Source of the DNA: an uncultured virus (IMG/VR IMGVR_UViG_3300044633_000491)
Lineage: Duplodnaviria; Heunggongvirae; Uroviricota; Caudoviricetes
IMG/VR virus record: IMGVR_UViG_3300044633_000491
Location: 1-64,000 of that record
Reading direction: 5' to 3' (one strand)
Length of the DNA: 64,000 nucleotides
This document shows positions 7,229 to 14,965 of this stretch, piece by piece. Positions within the stretch are counted from its first letter, which is position 1, and the number at the start of each line of letters is the position of its first letter. The position numbers and the translations under genes are program-made. The notes beneath the pieces were generated by a model. It searched no databases. It had not been told where the DNA came from and saw only the letters and a list, made by a program, of their open reading frames with translations.

Positions 7229-10063
7229 TTAGTAGCTGTTTTGTAATAATCCTGATGCGTACTTGTTATTTTGTTGCATTGCTGACAAAATACTATTTAA
7301 TATATCAGATTGTGCTCGAAGTGCACCAGTTATTGCACTGCCTTCTAAGTTTACAGGAATTGACTTGTTATCCGGTAATGGCACTACTGCTTCAGTTCCG
7401 TGCAAGGTTGCAGAATACCCGCTTAATGACCCGCTGGCAATACCACCTTTGGCAAAGCCTGTAGCATAGTCAGACATTTTTGCACCAGCACTAGACTCTG
7501 TCAGGCCAGTAACATAGTCTGACATTTTTGTACTACCGCCAGACTCCAGGCCAGTAACATAGTCTGACATTTTTGTACTACCGCCAGTCTCTTTTATTGA
7601 TGCATCAAGTTTAGAACCGCCTTCACCTATTAGATCTTTGGCTTTGTCTAACTCACTTTGTATTTCTTGTTTTAGTTTTGGCCAACCGCGTGCAAAATCT
7701 AATATCTCTCGTGCGGTGTTTTGATCAACAACTTCACCGCCAAGAGTCCAAGATCCGTTATCTTTATCTCCTACCCACTTAAGTGCAGCGGCTGCTTCTA
7801 AGAAATAACCGGCGATTGACCCTTTACCTTCAGAAGTTATCGCTTGCATACTATTCATTGCTTGGCTAGTTAGTTGACCTACTGATAAATTTCCTAATTT
7901 ACCTAAGATTTCTTTAGATTCTTTAGCATCAGAAGTTATCGCTTGCATACTATTCATTGCTTGGCTAGTTAGTTGACCTCCTGATAAATTTCCTAATTTA
8001 CCTAAGATTTCTTTAGATTCTTTAGCACTAGTAACTTCTGCAGGACCTTTAACAATTTCTGGTCCAGCTTCACCTACTATACCTGTTTCGCCGGCTGGAA
8101 TAGTACCTCCTTCAGCGTACAAGGCAGGTCCCGAATCATTAATCATCTGTTGGTATTTTTCATCAGATGATTTCATTCCTTCAGTACGTTTTTTCTCGTC
8201 TTTAGCCGCTTCTTGTTTATATTTTTTAGGATCAGATTTTTTAAGTTGTTCTAATTCTTCTTGGCGTCTTTTCTTTTCGTCAAGCACTCGCTCAGCAGCT
8301 TCGTCTATAGCTTTGTTGCCGCTCTGACCAAATGTTTTGTCAATGATTGATTGTAAGCCTTCGAGCATTGCCTTACTAACATCAGCAAATTTCTTAATAG
8401 GTACATCCATCATTTCTTGCATTTTAATTTTTAATTGTTGTGCCGCTTGTTCTGCAGCCATTAGACTTTCTTGGTATCCGCCTGCAGCCCCCGCTGCTTT
8501 ATCTCCTTGAGCAATTGATTTTTTAAGATTTTCGCTGTTAAGTTTTAGACTTTGTTGTCCTTGACTATCAAATGCCGCTGCAAGATCTGCGTTTTTACCA
8601 GTAGCAATGGCAGCCATACTCACTGCACGCCCTACTTCATCTGTAGCTTTTAAATATCTATCACCTTGTTGTGCAAACCCGCCAACCATATCTACTACTT
8701 GTGCGCCACCACTATTTAATGAATCAGCAAATACTCTACCACCATCTGCGGCACCTGTTAAGTTAGCGCCTACATCTGTAACTGCACCTCCTAGCACTGT
8801 AGCTTGTATGGCGGCTCTACGTTGAGTTTCGTCCATTAGCGCAAGACTAGCTTTTACCCGACTAGGTAGTCCAGGATCGTTAGTTTTACGAGCAATTTCG
8901 TTTACTTTAGAAAAGAATGCATATTGCTCAGCTTGTTTTTTTGCTTGATCCATTCGCTGTTTAGCATCTTCACCTGTAATGTTTGCTACAATACGCATGT
9001 TTTTAGCTAGATCAAGAGTAGCTTCTGCTACTGCTTTATTAGTAGTTGTACCGCCTGTACCTGTTCTACGCAAATCACTGATAATTTGTGCAGAAAGTTC
9101 TGCTTGTTCTTGAAATCCAAATCCTAAGTTTTGCATTTCTCTTTGTAAGGTTTGTCCACTGCGGCCAGTAGTTCTTGCAAACTGACTAGTAACATTGGCC
9201 ATCATCTTAGCACCATCGCTAACTGTATAGCCTGCTTCTGCTAATAAAGGTGCTGTATTTTTTACTGCACCAGAGAATTGCTCCACAGTCAGTCCTGCCA
9301 TACTACTGTAGCGGCGCATGTCATTCATACCATTAGCAAACATTGCGCCTGCACTGTTCATTTCATGGAAAGATTTTACTGTTTTTTCTACTTCTTTTTG
9401 TAGTATTTCAACTCCAAACTTAGCCAGTTTGTTCATTGAATCGGCACTCTTATCTAAGACGATACCGAATATCTCTAAGGCAGCAGCCGCAACCATACCG
9501 GCTGGACCAAATCTCATCAGCATAGGTGCAGCGGCTTGTAATCCCTGGCCTAAGGCTTTGGTTCCTGCTGTTGCTACATCAATACCAGCAGTCATTAGTC
9601 CCGAGGCTAAGTCTACACCAGTAGCATTACTTTGTAACCCTTTAACAAAGTCACCAGCACCTTTTACTGCCGCAGATGCCATGCCCGAGGCAGCTTTTGT
9701 TGTGGCTTCTTGCATTCCTTTCATGCTAGCTGACGTTTGTAGTGCGTCGCGTTGTGCTAACAATGCTGCTTTTGTTTGTTCTGCGGCTAATTTTTTAGTA
9801 GCGTCTTGCTCATCTTCCATTGAATCGGTTAGATCCTCAATAGCAGAGTCAAGTTTGTTCAGCATGTCTACTTGATCTTTGTAGCCTTTAGCTCCCTTGG
9901 CTACTTCTTTGTTAAGTTTACCAAGCTCTTTTTGGAAATCAGCAGAATTTTTTTGAATATTTTTGACAAAAGACGATAGAGTTTTGTCGCTTATTCCAAA
10001 CTTTTCTTGAAGTTGATCTAGAGCTTGCTGTAAGCCTTCAATATCTATTTCTTGATCTGCCAT
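7229..10063 (-). CDS. Tape-measure-like tail protein
   Basis: 944-aa Ala/Gly/Gln-rich helical protein with AEGG...VGEAGPE and FAKGG...LHGTEAVVPL motifs typical of TMP C-termini; divergent from the gp26-like gene. Confidence 0.7.
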   Translation of the reverse strand: MADQEIDIEGLQQALDQLQEKFGISDKTLSSFVKNIQKNSADFQKELGKLNKEVAKGAKGYKDQVDMLNKLDSAIEDLTDSMEDEQDATKKLAAEQTKAALLAQRDALQTSASMKGMQEATTKAASGMASAAVKGAGDFVKGLQSNATGVDLASGLMTAGIDVATAGTKALGQGLQAAAPMLMRFGPAGMVAAAALEIFGIVLDKSADSMNKLAKFGVEILQKEVEKTVKSFHEMNSAGAMFANGMNDMRRYSSMAGLTVEQFSGAVKNTAPLLAEAGYTVSDGAKMMANVTSQFARTTGRSGQTLQREMQNLGFGFQEQAELSAQIISDLRRTGTGGTTTNKAVAEATLDLAKNMRIVANITGEDAKQRMDQAKKQAEQYAFFSKVNEIARKTNDPGLPSRVKASLALMDETQRRAAIQATVLGGAVTDVGANLTGAADGGRVFADSLNSGGAQVVDMVGGFAQQGDRYLKATDEVGRAVSMAAIATGKNADLAAAFDSQGQQSLKLNSENLKKSIAQGDKAAGAAGGYQESLMAAEQAAQQLKIKMQEMMDVPIKKFADVSKAMLEGLQSIIDKTFGQSGNKAIDEAAERVLDEKKRRQEELEQLKKSDPKKYKQEAAKDEKKRTEGMKSSDEKYQQMINDSGPALYAEGGTIPAGETGIVGEAGPEIVKGPAEVTSAKESKEILGKLGNLSGGQLTSQAMNSMQAITSDAKESKEILGKLGNLSVGQLTSQAMNSMQAITSEGKGSIAGYFLEAAAALKWVGDKDNGSWTLGGEVVDQNTAREILDFARGWPKLKQEIQSELDKAKDLIGEGGSKLDASIKETGGSTKMSDYVTGLESGGSTKMSDYVTGLTESSAGAKMSDYATGFAKGGIASGSLSGYSATLHGTEAVVPLPDNKSIPVNLEGSAITGALRAQSDILNSILSAMQQNNKYASGLLQNSY
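7456..7591 (-). repeat. 45-bp in-frame tandem repeat (ESGGSTKMSDYVTGL), 2 near-exact copies plus 1 degenerate copy
   Basis: CAGGCCAGTAACATAGTCTGACATTTTTGTACTACCGCCAG occurs at 7502 and 7547. Confidence 0.9.
7830..8027 (-). repeat. 99-bp in-frame tandem duplication (33 aa)
   Basis: Units start at 7830 and 7929 and are near-identical (AKESKEILGKLGNLS[G/V]GQLTSQAMNSMQAITS). Confidence 0.92.
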
Positions 10064-10086
10064 TTTTTAACCCCATTTTTACGCAC

Positions 10087-10121
10087 CATAAATAATATTA
10101 TGGTACTATCAATTATTTATA
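10087..10121. promoter_or_regulatory. Face-to-face pair of late promoters serving divergent genes
   Basis: CATAAATA on + (10087-10094) and TATAAATA on - (10114-10121) in the gap between the TMP-like and gp26-like genes. Confidence 0.7.
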
Positions 10122-10132
10122 GGATTTAAATC

Positions 10133-10996
10133 ATGGATCAAACATCGCAACCTACAGTAAGTCATAACCCGTTAGTAAAGCATTTTAGACAACCAGCAAT
10201 TTATTTAAAACTGCCTAGCGGTGGTCAATTTTGGCCTGAAGGGAGTTTAGACCTACCGTTAAATGGTGAGATTCCTATTTTACCAATGAGTACCAAAGAT
10301 GAAATTACGCTTAAAACACCAGATGCACTTATGAACGGTCAAGGTGTAGTAAACGTAATTGAAAGTTGTTGTCCGAGTATCAAGGACGCATGGAAAACTC
10401 CTAGCATTGATGTAGATGCACTAATTATTGCTATACGTATTGCTAGTTATGGTAATGCTATGGATATAGAATCTTCATGTCCTAAATGCAACGAAGCTAA
10501 CGAATATAGTATTGATCTAGGTAATGTATTATCTAATATAACTCCAGCAACATACGGTGGAAAAATATCCGCGGACGAATTAAAAATTAAACTGCGGCCA
10601 CAGGCTTATGTTAATGCTAACAAATCAAGCATGATATCATTCGAAGAGCAACAGATTCTAAGAACCTTGGCGCAAATCGAAGACAATCCAGAAGAAGCTA
10701 AAAAAGCATTTGATCAGCAGCTAGCTAAACTGATCAATATAAACATTAGTATGTTAGCTACTAGCACAGATTATATCGAAACACCCGACGGACAGATTGT
10801 AACAGATCCTACGTATATTGAAGAATTTTATAATAATTGCAATAGTGGTGTTATCAAAGCGGTTAGAACACAACTAACTGAATTTAATAATGCCAGCGGA
10901 ATTAAACCAGTAGCTGTAAAATGCAATCACTGCGAACATGATTTTGAAATTGGTATCATGTTTGATTATTCAAGTTTTTTCGGAAAAGGCTCTTAA
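10133..10996 (+). CDS. Baseplate hub/tail assembly protein (T4 gp26-like)
   Basis: LKLPSGG, PMSTKDEI and DVDALIIAIRIASYG motifs, CPKC and CNHC zinc pairs, C-terminal SFF. Confidence 0.75.
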   Translation: MDQTSQPTVSHNPLVKHFRQPAIYLKLPSGGQFWPEGSLDLPLNGEIPILPMSTKDEITLKTPDALMNGQGVVNVIESCCPSIKDAWKTPSIDVDALIIAIRIASYGNAMDIESSCPKCNEANEYSIDLGNVLSNITPATYGGKISADELKIKLRPQAYVNANKSSMISFEEQQILRTLAQIEDNPEEAKKAFDQQLAKLININISMLATSTDYIETPDGQIVTDPTYIEEFYNNCNSGVIKAVRTQLTEFNNASGIKPVAVKCNHCEHDFEIGIMFDYSSFFGKGS

Positions 10997-11022
10997 CACT
11001 AGAGAACAACGCAGTTCTAGCT

Positions 11023-11211
11023 ATGATACAGGGCTATGAACGTGATGTAAGAGCCTTAAAAGATGATGCGTTACGAATGAGTTGGTATATGCGTGGTGGT
11101 TTAAGCTACGACGATGCTATGATGTTAAGCGTAACTGAACGCGAACTGATAGGTAAGATAATCAAAGATAATATGGAAACTACACAGAAATCAAGGCTGC
11201 CTTTTTTTTAG
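11023..11211 (+). CDS. gp51-like small baseplate/tail assembly protein, possibly made as a -1 frameshift fusion to the upstream ORF
   Basis: WYMRGGLSYDDAMMLSVTERELI motif; frame open from 10966; no obvious SD before ATG 11023. Confidence 0.65.
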   Translation: MIQGYERDVRALKDDALRMSWYMRGGLSYDDAMMLSVTERELIGKIIKDNMETTQKSRLPFF

Positions 11212-11235
11212 ACGTAGTTGTTCTTAAAGTAAGTT

Positions 11236-11262
11236 AAAGGCTATATTCGTATAGTCTTTTTT
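11236..11262 (+). terminator. Intrinsic terminator
   Basis: AAAGGCTATA-TTCG-TATAGTCTTTTTT after the gp51-like ORF. Confidence 0.8.
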
Positions 11263-11379
11263 ATTGACTAGTGTTTAAGATGTCTTAACGACATCTGCAT
11301 TTATCGCTTGCGCTCAAATGCTTTTTCTTCTAATCTAATTAATCTAATTTACTTTGAACTACTGTATGTTCTTCTAATG

Positions 11380-11758
11380 CTTTATCCAGATGTAGGTCAT
11401 ACTTCACCTATCCGCTAGGCAAAGTATAAGAGACTCTTTATCCGAGTGCTACTATCATACTAACTAAAAGAGATTGTATTCAATTACACGGAGGCGGTCA
11501 GCCGGTACCCCCTACTCTTGCTTCATCTGGCGGATGCTAATATAGCCGTAGTTAGCCAACTATATTAGTCACGTGGGTTGTATCTTTTTCACAGTGCCCA
11601 CATCATTTGGTTTTTACACCTAATTTTATATTGTTTGATCGCTTTTTACAGCACAATACGGTTCTTGCCATCAAGTGTGTAGTCTAGTCTACACGTTCCA
11701 TTCGGGGCCATTACGCGACCGAAATCTCCTCTTGATACAGCGCATGCTGCAGCAGTGG
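11380..11758 (-). ncRNA. Candidate large structured non-coding RNA, family unassigned
   Basis: No ORF of 60 aa or more. At least 10 complementary stems, several closing only through G-U pairs on the - strand, plus two loop-to-distal pairings (pseudoknots). Confidence 0.7.
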
Positions 11759-12193
11759 CTATTTTGTAATCTTTAAGTCTTTTACGGAATTTTTACCAAG
11801 TTTAAGTTGAATAATGCCATTGTAGTTGTTTTCACGCAACAATACATCTTCCTTAAATTGATAATAGGCTTCCAAGTAATTAGTTTCGCCTCGGGAGTTG
11901 CACAGATGTACAATTTCACGAGTAAATTTCTCTTTGCCTAGTGCGCTAATGTCTTCCATTAAACGCTGTGATGAGCCCCAATATGTTTTCCAGTCTGTTT
12001 CTATGACTTCGTGTCTTTTGTTTTTCTTGCCTTTTAGAGGTGGTCTCTTTTTGATAGTAATGAAGTATTTGCGGCCAATGTAATCATGACCATTTACTGT
12101 GTTGGTAATTCTATATATAAAGCCATAATAAGTTTGAATATCCTCGGAGTTAAATATTGTGCCATTATAAGTCCAAGGATAATCGTATACCAT
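11759..12193 (-). CDS. Stand-alone GIY-YIG family nuclease domain protein
   Basis: GFIYRITNTVNGHDYIGRK, DWKTYWGSS, conserved E (YLEA) and YN; only 144 aa with no evident C-terminal DNA-binding repeats; AATAAATA 5 nt upstream. Confidence 0.85.
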   Translation of the reverse strand: MVYDYPWTYNGTIFNSEDIQTYYGFIYRITNTVNGHDYIGRKYFITIKKRPPLKGKKNKRHEVIETDWKTYWGSSQRLMEDISALGKEKFTREIVHLCNSRGETNYLEAYYQFKEDVLLRENNYNGIIQLKLGKNSVKDLKITK

Positions 12194-12201
12194 ACTGCTA
12201 T

Positions 12202-12387
12202 TTATTTCGCAGACATTGCATTTTTCTTCTCTTGGATTTCTGCTCTTCTTGCTTTGGCTAATTTAGCTAAATCACCTAATGCACCACGAGCACGTGCCGC
12301 TGCTGCTTTAACGCCTTTGTCTTCAAACTTTGCGCTTTCTTCTGTGTAAACAGCTACCGCTGCTAAAATATCTTCATGAATTGACAT
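12202..12387 (-). CDS. Small basic Hc1/histone-H1-like nucleoid protein
   Basis: KGVKAAAARARGALGDLAKLAKARRAEIQ resembles Hc1-family peptides; AAGGAG SD and GTTAAATA (12410-12417) upstream. Confidence 0.65.
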   Translation of the reverse strand: MSIHEDILAAVAVYTEESAKFEDKGVKAAAARARGALGDLAKLAKARRAEIQEKKNAMSAK

Positions 12388-12432
12388 TATATGTCTCCTT
12401 GTTGTTGTGTATTTAACCGCCTATAGTGGTGG

Positions 12433-13113
12433 TTAAATTATTTTCTTACAGTTGATACCATGCCACCTTGCATAATTTCCAATTGATACTGTTTTATCAC
12501 AATATGGGCATGTTTTTGGAGGTAGTTTATTAATTCTGTCAGCTACCTCCGGTTTACCCCACGATGGATTCTTTTCTTTCTTAAAACCAACGTTTGGGTT
12601 TCCTTTGAGAGCCTTGCTTAAATTTTTATTATGTTCGGCCGGCCTATTTTTATTATATTCTTTTAACTTAATGCTTTTCTTTTGTCTAGTTTCTATAGAA
12701 TCAGTATGTCCGAACAATGGAGATAATTCTCCTCTTTTTCCGTAAGATGGATTTTTATCTCCTTGCCTTGCTAAACTTTTCTTTTGTTTAGTCGCTTCAG
12801 AATCCTTACTTCCAAGTCGATTCCCTGCATCAAAACAAGCATTGCTTCTATTATAGCTCAATGGATGATTTTTAGCATCTAACAGTATTAGGTACTTTGT
12901 TTCTAATTCTCTAATATACTTGGCTTCTCCTATAGCTAAAATTTCATAGCACCACTCATTACGATTTTCTAAAATAAGAGGTTTAACAATAAGACTTGAG
13001 CAAATATATTTTTCATGACGGTTAGGATTCCATCCTTTTTGTGTTTTAGATCCAACATACCACATTCCTGTGGGGAGGTGAGTCCATCTATATAGATAAG
13101 GTATTGTATTCAT
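12433..13113 (-). CDS. Seg-like GIY-YIG homing endonuclease with NUMOD3-type repeats
   Basis: PYLYRWTHLPTGMWYVGSK; HTDSIETRQKKS and KNPSYGK repeats; C-terminal CPYC..RWH..C; start reassigned to ATG 13113 (GGAG SD). Confidence 0.8.
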   Translation of the reverse strand: MNTIPYLYRWTHLPTGMWYVGSKTQKGWNPNRHEKYICSSLIVKPLILENRNEWCYEILAIGEAKYIRELETKYLILLDAKNHPLSYNRSNACFDAGNRLGSKDSEATKQKKSLARQGDKNPSYGKRGELSPLFGHTDSIETRQKKSIKLKEYNKNRPAEHNKNLSKALKGNPNVGFKKEKNPSWGKPEVADRINKLPPKTCPYCDKTVSIGNYARWHGINCKKII

Positions 13114-13117
13114 AAGA

Positions 13118-13197
13118 TACTCCAGTAAAGTAATAAGGGCTATCTGTGTTACTGGCACAGAAGGATGATCAAGTCCGTTCGCCCATTAATATTTATG
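13118..13197 (-). promoter_or_regulatory. Late promoter plus structured leader with a pseudoknot onto the Shine-Dalgarno
   Basis: CATAAATA (13190-13197); stems GGGC/GCCC, GGA/TCC and TCTGTG/CACAGA; loop CCAGTAA is complementary to TTACTGG overlapping GGAG. Confidence 0.6.
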
Positions 13198-14965
13198 CAA
13201 TATCTACATCAGTCGAATATGACGTGAAACCATTCTCCTTAACTACACGCATTACATTGTCAACTCGACCTGCTAATTCATCTTTATGACTTATGAGCCA
13301 AACTGACTTACTACTTTCTCTAGTCATTTTCTTAAGCATAGCAAGAGCATTTTCAGTACCACTAGAATCAAACCCGTTGTCTATTAATTCATCGATGAAT
13401 ACTAAGTTAATTGGTTGATATAATGATTCATATACATCTCTAAAAGCAAAACTTAGACTCAATATTACTCTGGTCATCTCACCGCGGCTAAGATTGTAGA
13501 AGTCTAACTCTCTGCCTAATTCTTGTATTTCTACACTTAGATCATTTAAAAATTTAACACTGTGTGGTAAGCCAATTTTATCTAAGTAATAGCCTAATCG
13601 AGCATTTAAGTAGCTTAAGTTTTGATCAATAATACGTTTACGTATAAACGAATCTTTGTTTGTTAATAGTTTTAATAAAAACTCTTGATGTTCCTTGACA
13701 CGCATTAGTTCATTCATTACGGCGTAATCAATTTCAGCTAAGGCTGTAGTCTTCATCTCTTCAATTTGTTCATCGTAAGGGTCAGTTTCAGCAACTTTGC
13801 CCGCTAGCTGTGTTTGTAAGCTAGCTACTGTGCTACGATGATGGATAGCATCTTCTTCCTTATCGTAGAACACATTAGGTTGTTGACCCAACTCGCCTAG
13901 CTCTTTTCTAGTTGCTTGGAATAATTGTAGTTGACCGAACAACTCAATGTACTGTTGGTGTGCTTCTGCTAAGATAGCTTTTTTACCTGCTAGTACTTCT
14001 TCATGTTTATTATCGTGGAATGTTTGCCCACAAGCATAACAAGTATGCGCTTCCAAATCACTAATTTCTTTTTCTGTCTTGTCTACGAGCTTTTGTTCTC
14101 TGACACAATCTGCGTCAGCACGTAAGATAGCTTTATCTAAGTCACCCAAATCTTTACGCTTTTGATTATATGCTGTAAGGTCTTTGTGTGCTTGTATTTC
14201 ACTATCGATATCGATCTTTAATAGTTCATCTAAGGCAGTTTGCAGTTTTGTTACGTCTTCTGCATGTTTGGTAGTCCACATAGTTTGTCGACGCTTTAGG
14301 CTCTCAATTTGCTCTTGAATACGGCCATTTGCGTCAGTAATCGCCTTAATATTGAACTCTTCTTGTTGAATTGCATCCTTAGTAGCCTTACTCTGTTCTT
14401 TTAGTAGATCAGCTTTTTCACTAAGCAAGGTAATACCAAGCAACTGCTCAATAATAGTACGTTGTTCATTTGCCTTAAGGCTTAGGAACGGTTCTGTATA
14501 GGTATTAAGTGCTACAATATGCTTGAACATATCGTGGCTCATACCTAGCAAGCGTTCAATTTCCTGCTGTGTTTCGCGGCTGTCACCTTGGCTGTTATCG
14601 TCTTTGCTTTCCTGTTCTTGATCACCGATATAAAACTTTAGTACATTGTGTTTACGGCCACGCTCGATACGATAGCTTTCACCTTGTACTTCAAAATCAA
14701 TAGTAACCAGCATACCTTTGGCATTGGTCTTGTTAATTAAATTATCTTTACGAATATTAGTAAGTGCTGTACCGTACAGAGCGTAGCTTAGTGCATTAAT
14801 GATGGTAGTTTTGCCTGTACCATTACGTGCTCCGCTGTCGTCTCCACCTAAGTCAATGTTCTCACCTAAGACTAAGGTCAAGTCTCTACGGTCAAACTCA
14901 ACTGCTTGAGTAGCATTACCTACACTCATAAAGTTGCGTACGGTTAAATTCTTAATTCTAAACAT
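13193..14965 (-). CDS. gp46: Recombination ATPase subunit (T4 gp46, Rad50/SbcC-like)
   Basis: NFMSVGN, Walker A NGTGKTT, coiled coil with CYAC zinc hook, LSRGE signature, Walker B FIDE, SH loop. Confidence 0.95.
   Translation of the reverse strand: MFRIKNLTVRNFMSVGNATQAVEFDRRDLTLVLGENIDLGGDDSGARNGTGKTTIINALSYALYGTALTNIRKDNLINKTNAKGMLVTIDFEVQGESYRIERGRKHNVLKFYIGDQEQESKDDNSQGDSRETQQEIERLLGMSHDMFKHIVALNTYTEPFLSLKANEQRTIIEQLLGITLLSEKADLLKEQSKATKDAIQQEEFNIKAITDANGRIQEQIESLKRRQTMWTTKHAEDVTKLQTALDELLKIDIDSEIQAHKDLTAYNQKRKDLGDLDKAILRADADCVREQKLVDKTEKEISDLEAHTCYACGQTFHDNKHEEVLAGKKAILAEAHQQYIELFGQLQLFQATRKELGELGQQPNVFYDKEEDAIHHRSTVASLQTQLAGKVAETDPYDEQIEEMKTTALAEIDYAVMNELMRVKEHQEFLLKLLTNKDSFIRKRIIDQNLSYLNARLGYYLDKIGLPHSVKFLNDLSVEIQELGRELDFYNLSRGEMTRVILSLSFAFRDVYESLYQPINLVFIDELIDNGFDSSGTENALAMLKKMTRESSKSVWLISHKDELAGRVDNVMRVVKENGFTSYSTDVDIA

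Noticed and set aside
155..9875. Plus-strand ORFs such as 532..861, 4696..5001 and 9318..9875
   Set aside because: Antisense shadows of well-supported minus-strand genes, with no motifs or expression signals. The same applies to the short minus-strand ORFs inside the 19-63 kb genes.
11380..11758. tRNA, tmRNA, RNase P or group I intron identity for the structured region
   Set aside because: By eye there is no cloverleaf or T-loop, no tag ORF, no recognisable RNase P or group I core, and no interrupted gene. An Rfam search is still needed.
13113..13190. Hammerhead ribozyme
   Set aside because: A three-way junction is present, but the CUGAnGA and GAAA core is absent.
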